Origin: Gottfriedia acidiceleris
Lineage (GTDB): Bacteria > Bacillota > Bacilli > Bacillales > Bacillaceae_G
Direction: 5' to 3'
Assembly (NCBI RefSeq): GCF_050457485.1
Contig: NZ_JBCMJM010000017.1
Location: 315,985 to 339,984, forward strand
DNA length: 24,000 nucleotides
Shown: piece by piece, positions 1-10,735 of the stretch
Numbering within the stretch: position 1 is the stretch's first letter
How the letters are laid out: every line of letters begins with the position of its first letter
Made by a program: the position numbers and the translations under genes
The notes under the pieces: generated by a model
The model's database searches: none
What the model was told of the DNA's origin: nothing
Seen by the model: only the letters and a program-made list of their open reading frames with translations

Positions 1-849
1 ATTATTGTTTTCAGACGTCGTCGGGTTAACAAAGGATATCGAACGATTTATTGGTGAAACTGACATTAATCTAGTACCGTCTGTGAATGTATCTCCTGAA
101 TCGGCACTTTCTTTTCGGACATTTGAAGGATCACTAAATATTGCATCTTTTAATTTATCAACATCTATATCCGTTGTAAGAAACTCCATCGTAGTTAATC
201 TGATTGGTTTTTTAGGTAAATAAATTATTTTACCTGAATCTAACTTATATCTTAAGCTTTCAGTAAAGCTTTCGTAATTGTCTCTAATCTTTTCAACAGA
301 AGCAATAATTGAAGAGTTATCAAAGGTTGCTCCATAGAGAATATTTTGTGCTTCATTTGAAAAATAAATCCTTGCTGAAGAATCCTGTTTAGTAGATAAA
401 TTGATGATGATTCGGTCAAATAAAACATTTTGTAATCGTTTTGCATCTATATTAAGAACTTTGCCTAATGTCTCTACTGGCACTACAGTTGGAAAAATAA
501 TTTCTAATTTATTTTTTCCTTTTGTAATTGATTGGTAGGCAACTTCAGACGTTTTATTTGTTAGGTTTTCAAAATTTGTGATTTCGGATTTCTGCAATGA
601 TCTATAAATTGGTGAAATATTACTCTGTTTAGTTGTTTCATAATTTTTATTTGATTCATGAACAACTAATAAATTCGGAATTACTATGTCCTTAAAGTCT
701 CTTTTTGCACCAATCGAAACTTTTTGGACATAGTCTTGATTTTGAAGTACATCGTATGTTGGTTGATATGACCATAAGCTATATGAAAGAACTAAGCTTA
801 CTATAACAAGAGTAGTTAATATAACTGATTTTATATGTTCTCTTCTCAT
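1..849 (-). CDS. yycH: YycH (WalH), membrane-anchored regulator of WalK; 5' portion only, the CDS runs off the left edge of the window
   Basis: I translated the minus strand codon by codon from ATG at 849-847 to position 1 and found 283 codons with no stop. The N-terminus MRREHIKSVILTTLVIVSLVLSYSLWSYQPTYD is one TM helix followed by a soluble domain, like B. subtilis YycH. The start overlaps the walK stop as ATGA, and the gene sits directly after walRK as in the walRK-yycHIJ operon. It is absent from the supplied ORF track, probably because there is no stop inside the window. Confidence 0.8.
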   Translation of the reverse strand, partial: MRREHIKSVILTTLVIVSLVLSYSLWSYQPTYDVLQNQDYVQKVSIGAKRDFKDIVIPNLLVVHESNKNYETTKQSNISPIYRSLQKSEITNFENLTNKTSEVAYQSITKGKNKLEIIFPTVVPVETLGKVLNIDAKRLQNVLFDRIIINLSTKQDSSARIYFSNEAQNILYGATFDNSSIIASVEKIRDNYESFTESLRYKLDSGKIIYLPKKPIRLTTMEFLTTDIDVDKLKDAIFSDPSNVRKESADSGDTFTDGTRLMSVSPINRSISFVNPTTSENNN

Positions 850-2681
850 TCCCACTCATCCTCTTGGTCATCAGCCACTGGAAGTGTGAAATAGACTGTT
901 GTACCCTTTCCTTCTTCACTTTTAGCCCATATATGACCATCGTGCGCGTAAATCATTTCTTTTGCCAAAGCAAGCCCTAGGCCAGTGCCTCCAACTTGTC
1001 TCGATCTAGCTTTATCTACTCGATAGAAACGATCAAATATCTTTGATAGATTTTCTTTTGGAATTCCCATACCTTCGTCAGTAATACTAACTAATATTTG
1101 ATCTCTAGATTCCTTAATACGATAAGTTACAGTCCCACCCTCTGGTGAATACTTTAGTGCATTTGAAATAATATTATCTAACACTTGTGTAATTTTATCT
1201 TCATCTATAAATACAAATCTTGTCTTACTTATAAACTCCCGTTTGAACGATACTTCTTGAGACTTACTCATTTCATGTCGATCAATTATACGATTAAATA
1301 ATTCTGTAAAGTTAACCCAATCTTTCATTAAACGATATTCTGTACTATCTAACTTAGATAATTGTAATAAGTCATTTACTAGTCGAATCATTCGTTCTGT
1401 TTCATCTTGAGTTACTTGTAAAAACTTAGGTGCAATTTCTTTATTCTCCCAAGCTCCATCTGACAATGCTTCTAAATAACTTCTCATCGTTGTTAATGGT
1501 GTTCTTAATTCATGTGACACATTGGAGACAAAATCTCTACGTTCTTGCTCTATTTTTTCTTGTTCAGTTACATCATAAAGTACAGCGATTAGACCATTAA
1601 CTTTACCGGATTCTTTTTGAATAGTTGAAAGACTAGCTCGTATAATCATTGGTCTCTTATTATTACTATAATCTAACATGATTGAATCTGGCTCATCGTA
1701 TAAATCATCTAAAGTATTAATCTTTTCGATTCCCAATACTTCTAAGATTGATTTATTTAATACTGTTTCACGTGAAACATTAAGCATCGTTTCAGCTGGA
1801 TCGTTTAAGAGAATAATTTTCCCTCTACGGTCAGTTGCAATAACCCCATCTGACATATGCTCTAGTACTGATTGAAGCTTTCTTCTTTCTCCATCCGTTG
1901 AAGCTCTGGCCTGCTGTAAATTACGTGATAGATTATTAAATGATATCGTTAATTCACCAATCTCATCTTCACTATAGGCCTTTAATTTGCGAGAGAAGTT
2001 TCCTTTCGCCATTTCTTGGGCCTGTCTTCTTATTTCAGAGATTGGCTTCGTAATTGCTTTAGCCAATAATATCCCTAAAATGGATGTAATCGCGACTGCT
2101 ATAAGTGTACCAGTTGAAAAAATACGGTTAATTAATTCCATTCTTTCATAAGTGCTTTCCATTGAAGCACTTGTGTAAATGGCTGAAACAATTTCGTCAC
2201 CTTCCATTACTGGGGTAACAATCGTTTTCATTCGATGACCATTTTTAGGATCAATTAACACTTTCTCAGTTCTTGTACCTACTAGAAGAGCTCTTTTTAC
2301 TAAAATATCAGTAGTCCTTTTACCAACAATAGACCGATTACTAGAATCTGAAGTAGCAATGACTTCACTATTTTGGTTAATAACTCTTACGTCTGATATT
2401 CCAATATTCTTTCCGAAGTCAGAAACTATTTTTTGGATATTAGCTTTTACTTCTGGGTCATCAAGAGTTTTCTTTTTTTCATACTCTATTTTTATATTAT
2501 AAGCCAGTAGCTTAGCACGTTCGTTTATCGCAACTGTAAAACTGTTTACGAGTTGCTTTTCAAGCTCTCTTGAAAAATAAACGCTAATAATTTGCATAGC
2601 TACTAAGATGAGCAAAATATAAACAAGTACAAATTTAAATACAATTGATTTAAATAAACCAACTTTATTATAAGCTGCCAT
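846..2681 (-). CDS. walK: Essential cell-wall two-component sensor histidine kinase WalK (YycG)
   Basis: 611 aa, the same length as B. subtilis WalK. It has an N-terminal TM helix, an extracellular domain, a second TM helix, a HAMP region and a PAS region. The H-box is SHELRTPLT, and the HATPase motifs are DEGMGIP and GGTGLGLA. The ATG at 2681 overlaps the walR TAA by 1 nt. Confidence 0.95.
   Translation of the reverse strand: MAAYNKVGLFKSIVFKFVLVYILLILVAMQIISVYFSRELEKQLVNSFTVAINERAKLLAYNIKIEYEKKKTLDDPEVKANIQKIVSDFGKNIGISDVRVINQNSEVIATSDSSNRSIVGKRTTDILVKRALLVGTRTEKVLIDPKNGHRMKTIVTPVMEGDEIVSAIYTSASMESTYERMELINRIFSTGTLIAVAITSILGILLAKAITKPISEIRRQAQEMAKGNFSRKLKAYSEDEIGELTISFNNLSRNLQQARASTDGERRKLQSVLEHMSDGVIATDRRGKIILLNDPAETMLNVSRETVLNKSILEVLGIEKINTLDDLYDEPDSIMLDYSNNKRPMIIRASLSTIQKESGKVNGLIAVLYDVTEQEKIEQERRDFVSNVSHELRTPLTTMRSYLEALSDGAWENKEIAPKFLQVTQDETERMIRLVNDLLQLSKLDSTEYRLMKDWVNFTELFNRIIDRHEMSKSQEVSFKREFISKTRFVFIDEDKITQVLDNIISNALKYSPEGGTVTYRIKESRDQILVSITDEGMGIPKENLSKIFDRFYRVDKARSRQVGGTGLGLALAKEMIYAHDGHIWAKSEEGKGTTVYFTLPVADDQEDEWE
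1764..1779. other. parS: parS centromere-like Spo0J/ParB binding site, perfect palindrome TGTTTCACGTGAAACA, inside walK
   Basis: Exact match to the Firmicute parS consensus TGTTNCACGTGAAACA. It lies in the PAS-coding part of walK and encodes V-S-R-E-T (protein context LNVSRETVL). Confidence 0.85.
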
Positions 2682-3385
2682 TAATCTTGCTCCGGATCAC
2701 GCAGGTAATATCCTACTCCTCTTCTTGTTACAATGAAAAGTGGATAACTTGGATTGTCCTCAATTTTTTCACGAAGTCTTCGAATTGTTACATCGACAGT
2801 TCGCACATCTCCAAAGTAATCATAACCCCAAACAGTTTGAAGTAAATGTTCTCTCGTCATAACCTGTCCGATATGCTTCGCTAAGTAATATAGTAATTCA
2901 AATTCGCGGTGAGTTAATTCAATCTTCTCACCACGTTTAGTAACGATATAAGCGTTTGGATTGATAACAAGCGAGCCAATAATAACTTCAACTGACTCCT
3001 CTTTTTCAGATGGAGTTCCTGTTTGGTGTCTACGTAAATTTGCTTTTACTCTGGCAAGCAACTCACGTGTACTAAATGGTTTTGTTACGTAGTCATCTGC
3101 TCCCATTTCTAAACCTAGTACTTTATCTAATTCTGAGTCTTTGGCTGTAATCATAATGATCGGCATTTCATGGTTCTTTCTTATTTCTCTACAAACTTCT
3201 AAACCATCTCTAATTGGTAACATAATATCTAATAAAACTAGGTCAGGAAGAAACTCATCTACTTTTTGTAAAGCTTCCTCTCCATCATACGCGCAAACAA
3301 TTTCAAAACCTTCTTTTTCTAAATTAAACTTCAATATATCAGCAATTGGTTTTTCATCATCGACTATTAATATTTTTTTATTCAT
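2681..3385 (-). CDS. walR: Essential OmpR-family response regulator WalR (YycF)
   Basis: The receiver domain begins [18 protein letters not shown] and carries the phosphoacceptor in the LDIMLP context, followed by a winged-helix OmpR C-terminal domain. I place the start at ATG 3385, with AAAGGAG 8 nt upstream. The track start at 3394 is a GTG lying inside that RBS. Confidence 0.95.
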   Translation of the reverse strand: MNKKILIVDDEKPIADILKFNLEKEGFEIVCAYDGEEALQKVDEFLPDLVLLDIMLPIRDGLEVCREIRKNHEMPIIMITAKDSELDKVLGLEMGADDYVTKPFSTRELLARVKANLRRHQTGTPSEKEESVEVIIGSLVINPNAYIVTKRGEKIELTHREFELLYYLAKHIGQVMTREHLLQTVWGYDYFGDVRTVDVTIRRLREKIEDNPSYPLFIVTRRGVGYYLRDPEQD

Positions 3386-3571
3386 TCCCCGCACTCCTTT
3401 TCTAGTCAGTTTTTGCTACCGTCAATTCTATACATATCTTTTGCAATTTAATATTAAATTAGGCAACAAATAAACTTATCATAGTAATTTCGTTTTGTGG
3501 ACTATCTCTCTAAATATAATACGACTACGATCTTATGTGTTATTCTTTTTGTATATAAACACTAGATTTTT

Positions 3572-3601
3572 GAAAAAAACCTCTAGCTTGTTGCTAGAGG
3601 T
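3572..3601 (-). terminator. Rho-independent terminator, second of two after the tRNA cluster
   Basis: The stem is ACCTCTAGC/GCTAGAGGT (3579-3587 pairing with 3593-3601) with a 5-nt loop. On the minus strand it is followed by TTTTTTT (plus-strand A-run 3573-3579). Confidence 0.7.
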
Positions 3602-3608
3602 CTACTCC

Positions 3609-3642
3609 ACTTACTTCTATTTTAAATTAAGTAGGTTTTTTT
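3609..3642 (+). terminator. Terminator-like hairpin plus U-tract on the plus strand, with no plus-strand gene upstream
   Basis: The stem is ACTTACTT/AAGTAGGT (3609-3616 pairing with 3629-3636; 8 bp including one G.U) with a 12-nt loop. It is followed by 7 T at 3636-3642. No convincing plus-strand promoter was found upstream. Confidence 0.3.
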
Positions 3643-3680
3643 GTAAAATCGAACTGTTTTATTCTATTTTCATAAGGTCG

Positions 3681-3718
3681 ATATAAAATAAAAAACTACT
3701 GTATATACAGTAGTTTTT
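3681..3718 (-). terminator. Rho-independent terminator immediately after tRNA-Phe (palindromic, potentially bidirectional)
   Basis: A perfect 28-bp palindrome AAAAACTACTGTAT|ATACAGTAGTTTTT spans 3691-3718. On the minus strand it is followed by TTTTTTATTTTAT. It begins 5 nt after the tRNA-Phe 3' end. Confidence 0.75.
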
Positions 3719-3722
3719 ATGA

Positions 3723-3795
<73 letters not shown>

Positions 3796-3801
3796 ATTAT
3801 A

Positions 3802-3877
3802 TGGCGGTCCCGACCGGGATCGAACCGGCGATCTCCTGCGTGACAGGCAGGCATGTTAACCGCTACACCACGGGACC
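3802..3877 (-). tRNA. tRNA-Asp (anticodon GUC), 76 nt including encoded CCA
   Basis: The reverse complement reads GGTCCCGTGGTGTAGCGGTTAACATGCCTGCCTGTCACGCAGGAGATCGCCGGTTCGATCCCGGTCGGGACCGCCA. The acceptor is GGTCCCG/CGGGACC, and the anticodon stem-loop is CCTGC-CTGTCAC-GCAGG. Confidence 0.95.
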
Positions 3878-3902
3878 AAGAAAATTTTATTTTAAAAAAG
3901 GA

Positions 3903-3974
3903 TGACCCGTACGGGACTCGAACCCGTGTTACCGCCGTGAAAGGGCGGTGTCTTAACCGCTTGACCAACGGGCC
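3903..3974 (-). tRNA. tRNA-Glu (anticodon UUC), 72 nt, CCA not encoded
   Basis: The reverse complement reads GGCCCGTTGGTCAAGCGGTTAAGACACCGCCCTTTCACGGCGGTAACACGGGTTCGAGTCCCGTACGGGTCA. This is nearly identical to B. subtilis tRNA-Glu as I remember it. The 3' flank is TCC. Confidence 0.95.
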
Positions 3975-3991
3975 ACATTAATTTGAGAAAA

Positions 3992-4067
3992 TGGTGAGCC
4001 ATGAAGGATTCGAACCTTCGACCCTCTGATTAAAAGTCAGATGCTCTACCTACTGAGCTAATGGCTC
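3992..4067 (-). tRNA. tRNA-Lys (anticodon UUU), 76 nt including encoded CCA
   Basis: The reverse complement reads GAGCCATTAGCTCAGTAGGTAGAGCATCTGACTTTTAATCAGAGGGTCGAAGGTTCGAATCCTTCATGGCTCACCA. The acceptor is GAGCCAT/ATGGCTC, and the anticodon loop is CTTTTAA. Confidence 0.95.
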
Positions 4068-4128
4068 ACAATTTAGAATATATTACTTAAACTTCATAAA
4101 CTATGTACTAGTTATGACGACAAGGTTT

Positions 4129-4158
4129 ATCTTATCATACTTTCTAATAAATTTGCAA
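4129..4158 (-). promoter_or_regulatory. Candidate sigma-A promoter of the tRNA Lys-Glu-Asp-Phe cluster
   Basis: On the minus strand I read TTGCAA (4158-4153), an 18-nt spacer, then the extended -10 TGaTAAGAT (hexamer at 4134-4129). This sits about 60 nt upstream of tRNA-Lys. It is a pattern match only. Confidence 0.35.
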
Positions 4159-4168
4159 TAGTTTTTTT

Positions 4169-4210
4169 AAAAAAATAATAAAAGCCCCTAAATTTTTATT
4201 TAAGGGCTTT
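4169..4210 (-). terminator. Rho-independent terminator of purA
   Basis: The hairpin AAAGCCCcTAAA / TTTAaGGGCTTT spans 4181-4210 with one mismatch. On the minus strand it is followed by TATTATTTTTTT. It lies 9 nt downstream of the purA stop. Confidence 0.65.
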
Positions 4211-4218
4211 TTATTATA

Positions 4219-5587
<1,369 letters not shown>

Positions 5588-5668
5588 TAAATCTCTTTGA
5601 ATAATTCTGTTCTAAGTTTTTTTTGTTCGTAAATACAAACTAAAGAATTTGATAAAAATAGTTTGCCC

Positions 5669-5713
5669 TAACAAAAAAAAATAATCACATAGATTCACTA
5701 TGTGATTATTTTT
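5669..5713 (-). terminator. Rho-independent terminator of the yybS-gdpP-rplI-dnaC unit
   Basis: A 16-bp perfect stem AAAAATAATCACATAG/CTATGTGATTATTTTT (5677-5692 pairing with 5698-5713) has a 5-nt loop. On the minus strand there is a 9-T run, of which the first 5 T belong to the stem. Confidence 0.8.
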
Positions 5714-5781
5714 AGCTGACATCCAAGTAGTAGATATCAGACAATTGAACATATTTGCGACTGTCTGATTCCAAACTATTT

Positions 5782-7140
5782 TTAGGCACCTGGTGCTTGC
5801 TCATCAAACCTTCGTTCTAAGTTTACGAACTTGTTATATTCTTTTACGAATGCTAACGAAACAGTACCTACTGGACCATTCCTTTGTTTAGCAATAATGA
5901 TTTCAATAATATTTTTATTCTCCGATTCTTTATCATAGTAATCGTCTCGGTATAAGAACGCAACAATATCCGCATCTTGCTCAATACTTCCTGATTCACG
6001 GATATCGGACATCATTGGACGTTTATCCTGTCTTGACTCAACGCTACGTGATAGCTGAGATAAGGCTATTAGAGGTACTTTTAATTCCCTCGCCAGACCT
6101 TTAAGAGAACGTGAAATTTCAGATACTTCTTGTTGACGATTTTCTCCACTTTTGCCGTTACCTTGAATAAGCTGCAGATAATCAATTAGGATCATTCCTA
6201 AGCCATGCTCTTGCTTTAGTCTTCTACACTTAGCACGTATGTCGTTTACTCTAATACCTGGTGTATCATCGATATAAATGCCTGTACCAGCTAAGCTACT
6301 AGCAGCCATCGTAAGCTTATTCCAATCCTCTTGTTCAAGATTACCTGTACGCAATGCCTGTGCGTTAATATTTCCTTCCGCACATAGCATACGCATAACA
6401 AGCTGATCTGATCCCATCTCAAGACTGAAAATTGCTACGTTTTCATCTGTTTTAGTAGCTACGTTTTGTGCGATATTCAATGCAAAAGCCGTTTTACCTA
6501 CTGAAGGACGGGCGGCTACTATAATTAAGTCATTCGGCTGAAATCCCGCTGTCATTCGATCTAAATCGGTAAACCCTGTCGGTACACCCGTGATTTCGCC
6601 GCGTTGATTAAATAAGGTCTCAATTTTACTAAATGTAGTAAATACTACATCTTTAATACTTTGAAAACCAGAAACGTTTGTGCGCTGAGCTACTTTTAAA
6701 ATACTTTTTTCAGCCTCGTTTAGTACAACATCTACTGGAGTATCTGGCGCATAGCTTTCCGTTACAATATTTGTAGCGGTTCTTATTAATCTTCTTAAAG
6801 TAGATTTTTCTTCAACGCTCTTTGCATAGTATTCAACGTTAGATGCCGTTGGTACTGAAGCCAGCAAATCATTTAAGTATGATACTCCTCCTACTTCTTC
6901 TAACACTCCTTGATTAGCTAGTTCAGAAGTTAGCGTGATAACATCTAGAGGCTCATTCCTTGAAGCAATCTTAAGCATTGCTTCAAATATTTTTTGATGG
7001 GCAGCTCGATAAAAGTCATCTGGTAAAAGCCGTTCTGAAGTTGATATTAGCGCCTCTGAGTCTAACAGTATAGCTCCTAATACAGCCTGTTCAGCTTCTA
7101 TATTCTGTGGTGGAGTACGATCATTTAGCAAATCACTCAT
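5782..7140 (-). CDS. dnaC: Replicative DNA helicase (DnaB family; named DnaC in B. subtilis)
   Basis: 452 aa. The N-terminal domain contains PPQNIEAEQAVLGAILL, Walker A is ARPSVGKTAF, and there are RecA-like motifs such as IDYLQLI. A GGAGGA RBS lies 6 nt before the ATG. Confidence 0.97.
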   Translation of the reverse strand: MSDLLNDRTPPQNIEAEQAVLGAILLDSEALISTSERLLPDDFYRAAHQKIFEAMLKIASRNEPLDVITLTSELANQGVLEEVGGVSYLNDLLASVPTASNVEYYAKSVEEKSTLRRLIRTATNIVTESYAPDTPVDVVLNEAEKSILKVAQRTNVSGFQSIKDVVFTTFSKIETLFNQRGEITGVPTGFTDLDRMTAGFQPNDLIIVAARPSVGKTAFALNIAQNVATKTDENVAIFSLEMGSDQLVMRMLCAEGNINAQALRTGNLEQEDWNKLTMAASSLAGTGIYIDDTPGIRVNDIRAKCRRLKQEHGLGMILIDYLQLIQGNGKSGENRQQEVSEISRSLKGLARELKVPLIALSQLSRSVESRQDKRPMMSDIRESGSIEQDADIVAFLYRDDYYDKESENKNIIEIIIAKQRNGPVGTVSLAFVKEYNKFVNLERRFDEQAPGA

Positions 7141-7167
7141 TTCTAGTCCTCCAGATGCTTGTTTTTC

Positions 7168-7611
7168 TTATTGTTCTTTAACGTGTACTTTTAAAGTTGC
7201 ACTTACTTCAGAATGCAATTTAACTTTAATATTTGTTACACCTAGTCCTCTAATCGCATCATTCATTTCGAATTTACGCTTATCTAGTTTAATACCATGT
7301 ACTTTTTGAAGCTCATCAGCAATTTGCTTGCTTGTGATTGATCCGAAAAGACGACCGCCCTCACCCGATTTAGCTTTTAATTCTACTGTTAGAGTTTCAA
7401 TTGTTTCTTTTAGCTTTTTACAATTTTCTAATTCGATTTGTGCATCTTTTAATTCTTTATTTTTTTTCGCTTCAAGAGTTTTCATATTACCTGCAGTAGC
7501 TTCAATAGCATCTCCGTTTTTGATTAAGAAGCTTGCATAGCCATCTGCGATATTTTTAGTTTCTCCTTTTTTACCTTTTCCTTTTACATCTTTTAAGAAA
7601 ATTACTTTCAT
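7168..7611 (-). CDS. rplI: 50S ribosomal protein L9
   Basis: 147 aa beginning [17 protein letters not shown], followed by a long helical linker. The ATG overlaps the gdpP TGA as ATGA (7608-7611). Confidence 0.97.
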   Translation of the reverse strand: MKVIFLKDVKGKGKKGETKNIADGYASFLIKNGDAIEATAGNMKTLEAKKNKELKDAQIELENCKKLKETIETLTVELKAKSGEGGRLFGSITSKQIADELQKVHGIKLDKRKFEMNDAIRGLGVTNIKVKLHSEVSATLKVHVKEQ

Positions 7612-9584
7612 TTGTTTGTTCTCCCTTCAATATATTCATCGATTATTCTCAATAAATGTTGTTCAACTTCTCTGATTGAAGAAGATTCAATTTGCGCAGC
7701 AGCATTTGTTAAGTGACCACCACCACCAAGCTCTTCCATTATTAATTGAACATTTATATTCCCTAATGAACGACTGCTGATGCTAACAACATTATCTGAC
7801 CTTTTTGCAATAATAAAAGATGCAATGACATCAGTCATCGTTAATAATGTATCTGCAGCCTTTGCAATTAAAACTTGATCATAGTTTACATTGTCTTTTC
7901 CAAAGCTAATCGCAAATCCCTCTTTGTACATATAGGCTTCCTCTATCAATTCTGCTTTGCGAATATATTCATTCATATCTTGTTTTAGTAAATTTTGAAC
8001 GAGGATCGTATCTGCGCCATTCGAACGCAAGTATGACGCTGCGTCAAAAGTTCGTGCCCCTGTTCGGAAAGTAAAACTCTTTGTATCAACAATAATACCT
8101 GCAAGTAAGGCTGTTGCCTCAAGCATGCTTAATTTTATTTTCTTAGGCTGGTACTCCAATAACTCAGTTACTAATTCTGCAGTAGAGGAAGCGTACGGCT
8201 CCATATAAACTAGAATTGCATCCTTAATGAAGTCCTCTCCTCTTCGATGATGGTCTATAACAACAATTTTATCTGTCTCATTTAAAAGTGATTCTTCTTC
8301 AACCATTGTTGGTCTATGAGTATCTACTACGATTATTAATGTATCTTCAGAAATAAGTTCTTTTGCTTTTTCGGGTGTAATAAAACAAGACATAAATTGT
8401 TCATTTTTAGACATTTCCCTCATCAAACGATTAACACTTTTATCTACTTCATCTTTATTAATTACTACATAACCATCCACTTCATTATGCATTACCATTT
8501 TTAAGATACCAACCGCTGAACCAAGAGCATCCATGTCAGGTAACTTATGTCCCATTATCATAACATTGGTGCTACTTTTCATTAAATCTCTTAATGCATG
8601 CGAGATTACCCTCGCTCTAACCCTCGTCCTCTTTTCTACAGGGTTTGTTTTTCCACCAAAAAACTTTACTTTACCGTTAATGTTTTTAACAGTTACTTGA
8701 TCTCCCCCGCGACCTAGTGCTAAATCTAAACCAGATTGAGCTAGTTGGCCAAGTTCGGTTAAATTCAAACTACCTACTCCTACACCGACGCTTAGAGTAA
8801 GAGGTAAATTACGCTTTGTAGTTTCTTCCCTTACTTGGTCTAATATAGAGAATTTATTATTTTCTAATGCTGCCAGTATTCCTTCATTTAAAACTACACT
8901 ATATCGATCGGATGAAACACGTTTCAAGAACATACCATGGCTATTAGCCCAACTATTTAACATTGTTGTTACTGCACCATTTACACTAGAACGCTCTTGA
9001 TCATCTAGGCCCTGTGTCATTTCATCGTAATTATCTAATAAAATAATTCCGATTACTGTTCTTTGGTCTTCGTATAACTTCTCTAGTTGTGCTTGTTCTG
9101 TCACATCAAATAAGTAAATGTATCGCTCTTCTCTTTTAATAACTACTCGATATGTTCTTTTACTTATATTCAATACATCTTCTTTTTTCTCTTTTTTCGA
9201 AATTAAAGCCATTAATCCTTCAGATAGATCATATATGTGTTTACCAATTAATGAACGATCGTCTAAAATATTTAAAATATATTGATTGCCCCATTCAATA
9301 TGGTACTCTCTATCATAAAGTAATACTCCAATTGGCATTTCTGTAATTGCTTCATTACTTAAATTCTTTACTCTCGACATAACTGATTCTATATACATGT
9401 CTAAAACGTAGCGGTACTTAATTTCTAACTTTACAACTAGAAAAATAACGCATAAAAAGATAACGATAAAAATTATCCCTATTTTAGGTTGAATATAGAC
9501 CACAGTTCCGATCAGAAACACTGAAAGAGCAGTTAAAAGATAGACGGGTATAAGAAACATCTGTTTCTTATGAAAATCTTGCAT
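7608..9584 (-). CDS. gdpP: Cyclic-di-AMP phosphodiesterase GdpP (YybT)
   Basis: 658 aa. It has two N-terminal TM helices, a PAS-like region, a degenerate GGDEF region, and a DHH/DHHA1 catalytic domain with VIDHHRRG and GGGGH motifs. It occupies the conserved yybS-yybT-rplI-dnaC context. Confidence 0.93.
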   Translation of the reverse strand: MQDFHKKQMFLIPVYLLTALSVFLIGTVVYIQPKIGIIFIVIFLCVIFLVVKLEIKYRYVLDMYIESVMSRVKNLSNEAITEMPIGVLLYDREYHIEWGNQYILNILDDRSLIGKHIYDLSEGLMALISKKEKKEDVLNISKRTYRVVIKREERYIYLFDVTEQAQLEKLYEDQRTVIGIILLDNYDEMTQGLDDQERSSVNGAVTTMLNSWANSHGMFLKRVSSDRYSVVLNEGILAALENNKFSILDQVREETTKRNLPLTLSVGVGVGSLNLTELGQLAQSGLDLALGRGGDQVTVKNINGKVKFFGGKTNPVEKRTRVRARVISHALRDLMKSSTNVMIMGHKLPDMDALGSAVGILKMVMHNEVDGYVVINKDEVDKSVNRLMREMSKNEQFMSCFITPEKAKELISEDTLIIVVDTHRPTMVEEESLLNETDKIVVIDHHRRGEDFIKDAILVYMEPYASSTAELVTELLEYQPKKIKLSMLEATALLAGIIVDTKSFTFRTGARTFDAASYLRSNGADTILVQNLLKQDMNEYIRKAELIEEAYMYKEGFAISFGKDNVNYDQVLIAKAADTLLTMTDVIASFIIAKRSDNVVSISSRSLGNINVQLIMEELGGGGHLTNAAAQIESSSIREVEQHLLRIIDEYIEGRTNK

Positions 9585-9676
9585 ATGTTCAACCCCTAAG
9601 CCAAATAAAATCTAACTTACATATTAAAGTTTATTCACTTTTTCACAACTAATTAGTAACAAATATGTTTTTAAGT

Positions 9677-10603
9677 TTAAATTTTTCTTCTATTAAATAT
9701 TCCAATTGAGACAATTCCAATTAGTAAAACAATATAAATTAATGGTTGAATGATAAAACTTGCAATCAATATAATAATTGGTACCGCTTTAGAAAAATGT
9801 TTTAAATAACTAAAATAAAATATCGATGCGTAACCTTGAACGAGCAGTAAAATTTGAAGTACATATGTTAAGTTAATCACTGCTGTACTGAGGAAACTAC
9901 TTTGTTTCAAATTGAAGAATGAAAAAATCATTACAATTAAAAAGAACCACATGAATCCCACTGGGAGTCTAAACTCTCTAAATGGCTTAAATTTCGGAGT
10001 TTTATAACCTAATCTCCTTATTAATGGAAAAGTTACTAGTTGTGTTAAAAAAGCAAGTATAAAACTGACCATTAACAATAATGAAGGAATTAATGTAGGG
10101 ATTAATTTAATAGCATTTGTAAGACTATCTAATGCCTTTTCATTGGCGTTTGTACCAAGACTGGCACTTAGTTCCTTGCTTTTTTCTATAGCTTCCGTTG
10201 CCAAGTCTATATTCTCTTTAACGAAATCAATATGAAAAACAGCTTTGAATAGTATGTACGATAGTACTGTATGTATTAAATATAAGAAAGTACTAGTAAG
10301 TAATATCTCTCCTTTACTTCGCTCATTTTTCAATAGATAGCCAAACGCTATACCAACTGTTGAGTACATTAAAGTAACTGGAAGTAAATTAAATGAGGTA
10401 ATCACAATCGTTAACCCCAGTGCCACACAGCAAAGTAAAAGTGATTCCTTAATTGAGTATTTAATACTTAGAATAATAAACGGCAGCGGCATAAGGAATG
10501 CCATAAATATTGAGAGAAACGGTACAAATCTAAATATTAACAGTAGTACTGAGTAAATAGCTAATAGTACTGCACCCTCGGTAATAAATCGAGTCGATTT
10601 CAA
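9677..10603 (-). CDS. yybS: Polytopic membrane protein YybS (DUF2232 family)
   Basis: 308 aa and highly hydrophobic with multiple TM segments. It is in the syntenic position upstream of gdpP. The start is TTG (10603-10601) with AAAGGAG 7 nt upstream. Confidence 0.8.
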   Translation of the reverse strand: MKSTRFITEGAVLLAIYSVLLLIFRFVPFLSIFMAFLMPLPFIILSIKYSIKESLLLCCVALGLTIVITSFNLLPVTLMYSTVGIAFGYLLKNERSKGEILLTSTFLYLIHTVLSYILFKAVFHIDFVKENIDLATEAIEKSKELSASLGTNANEKALDSLTNAIKLIPTLIPSLLLMVSFILAFLTQLVTFPLIRRLGYKTPKFKPFREFRLPVGFMWFFLIVMIFSFFNLKQSSFLSTAVINLTYVLQILLLVQGYASIFYFSYLKHFSKAVPIIILIASFIIQPLIYIVLLIGIVSIGIFNRRKI

Positions 10604-10691
10604 AATAAAGCTCCTTTCAACTACCTCTACTTATTTCACGATAAGCATACTATTTCTTATTTTACCATAAAACTTATTTTTTCATAAATAC

Positions 10692-10725
10692 AAAAAAAGT
10701 ACAGCACTAGAATGCTGTACTTTTT
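10692..10725 (-). terminator. Rho-independent terminator of the rpsF-ssb-rpsR operon
   Basis: A 13-bp perfect stem AAAAAGTACAGCA/TGCTGTACTTTTT (10694-10706 pairing with 10713-10725) has a 6-nt loop and a 7-T run on the minus strand. It lies 10 nt after the rpsR stop. Confidence 0.8.
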
Positions 10726-10735
10726 ATTACTTAGC

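Noticed and set aside
5-446. Track ORFs 5..223(+) and 252..446(-)
   Set aside because: Both are out of frame with the continuous 283-codon yycH reading frame that covers 1-849 on the minus strand.
3495-3686. 63-aa plus-strand ORF in the walR-tRNA spacer
   Set aside because: It has a TTG start without an RBS and a Phe/Leu/Ile/Tyr-rich nonsense composition, and it runs through two terminator hairpins.
5612-5752. 46-codon minus-strand ORF in the dnaC-purA spacer
   Set aside because: It has no SD, it runs through the dnaC terminator hairpin and T-run, and its composition is low-complexity.
5736-5769. Inverted repeat ATCAGACA-18 nt-TGTCTGAT just after the dnaC stop
   Set aside because: The stem is only 8 bp, the loop is long and there is no U-tract. 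The strong terminator at 5677-5713 already explains termination. It is not distinctive enough to call.
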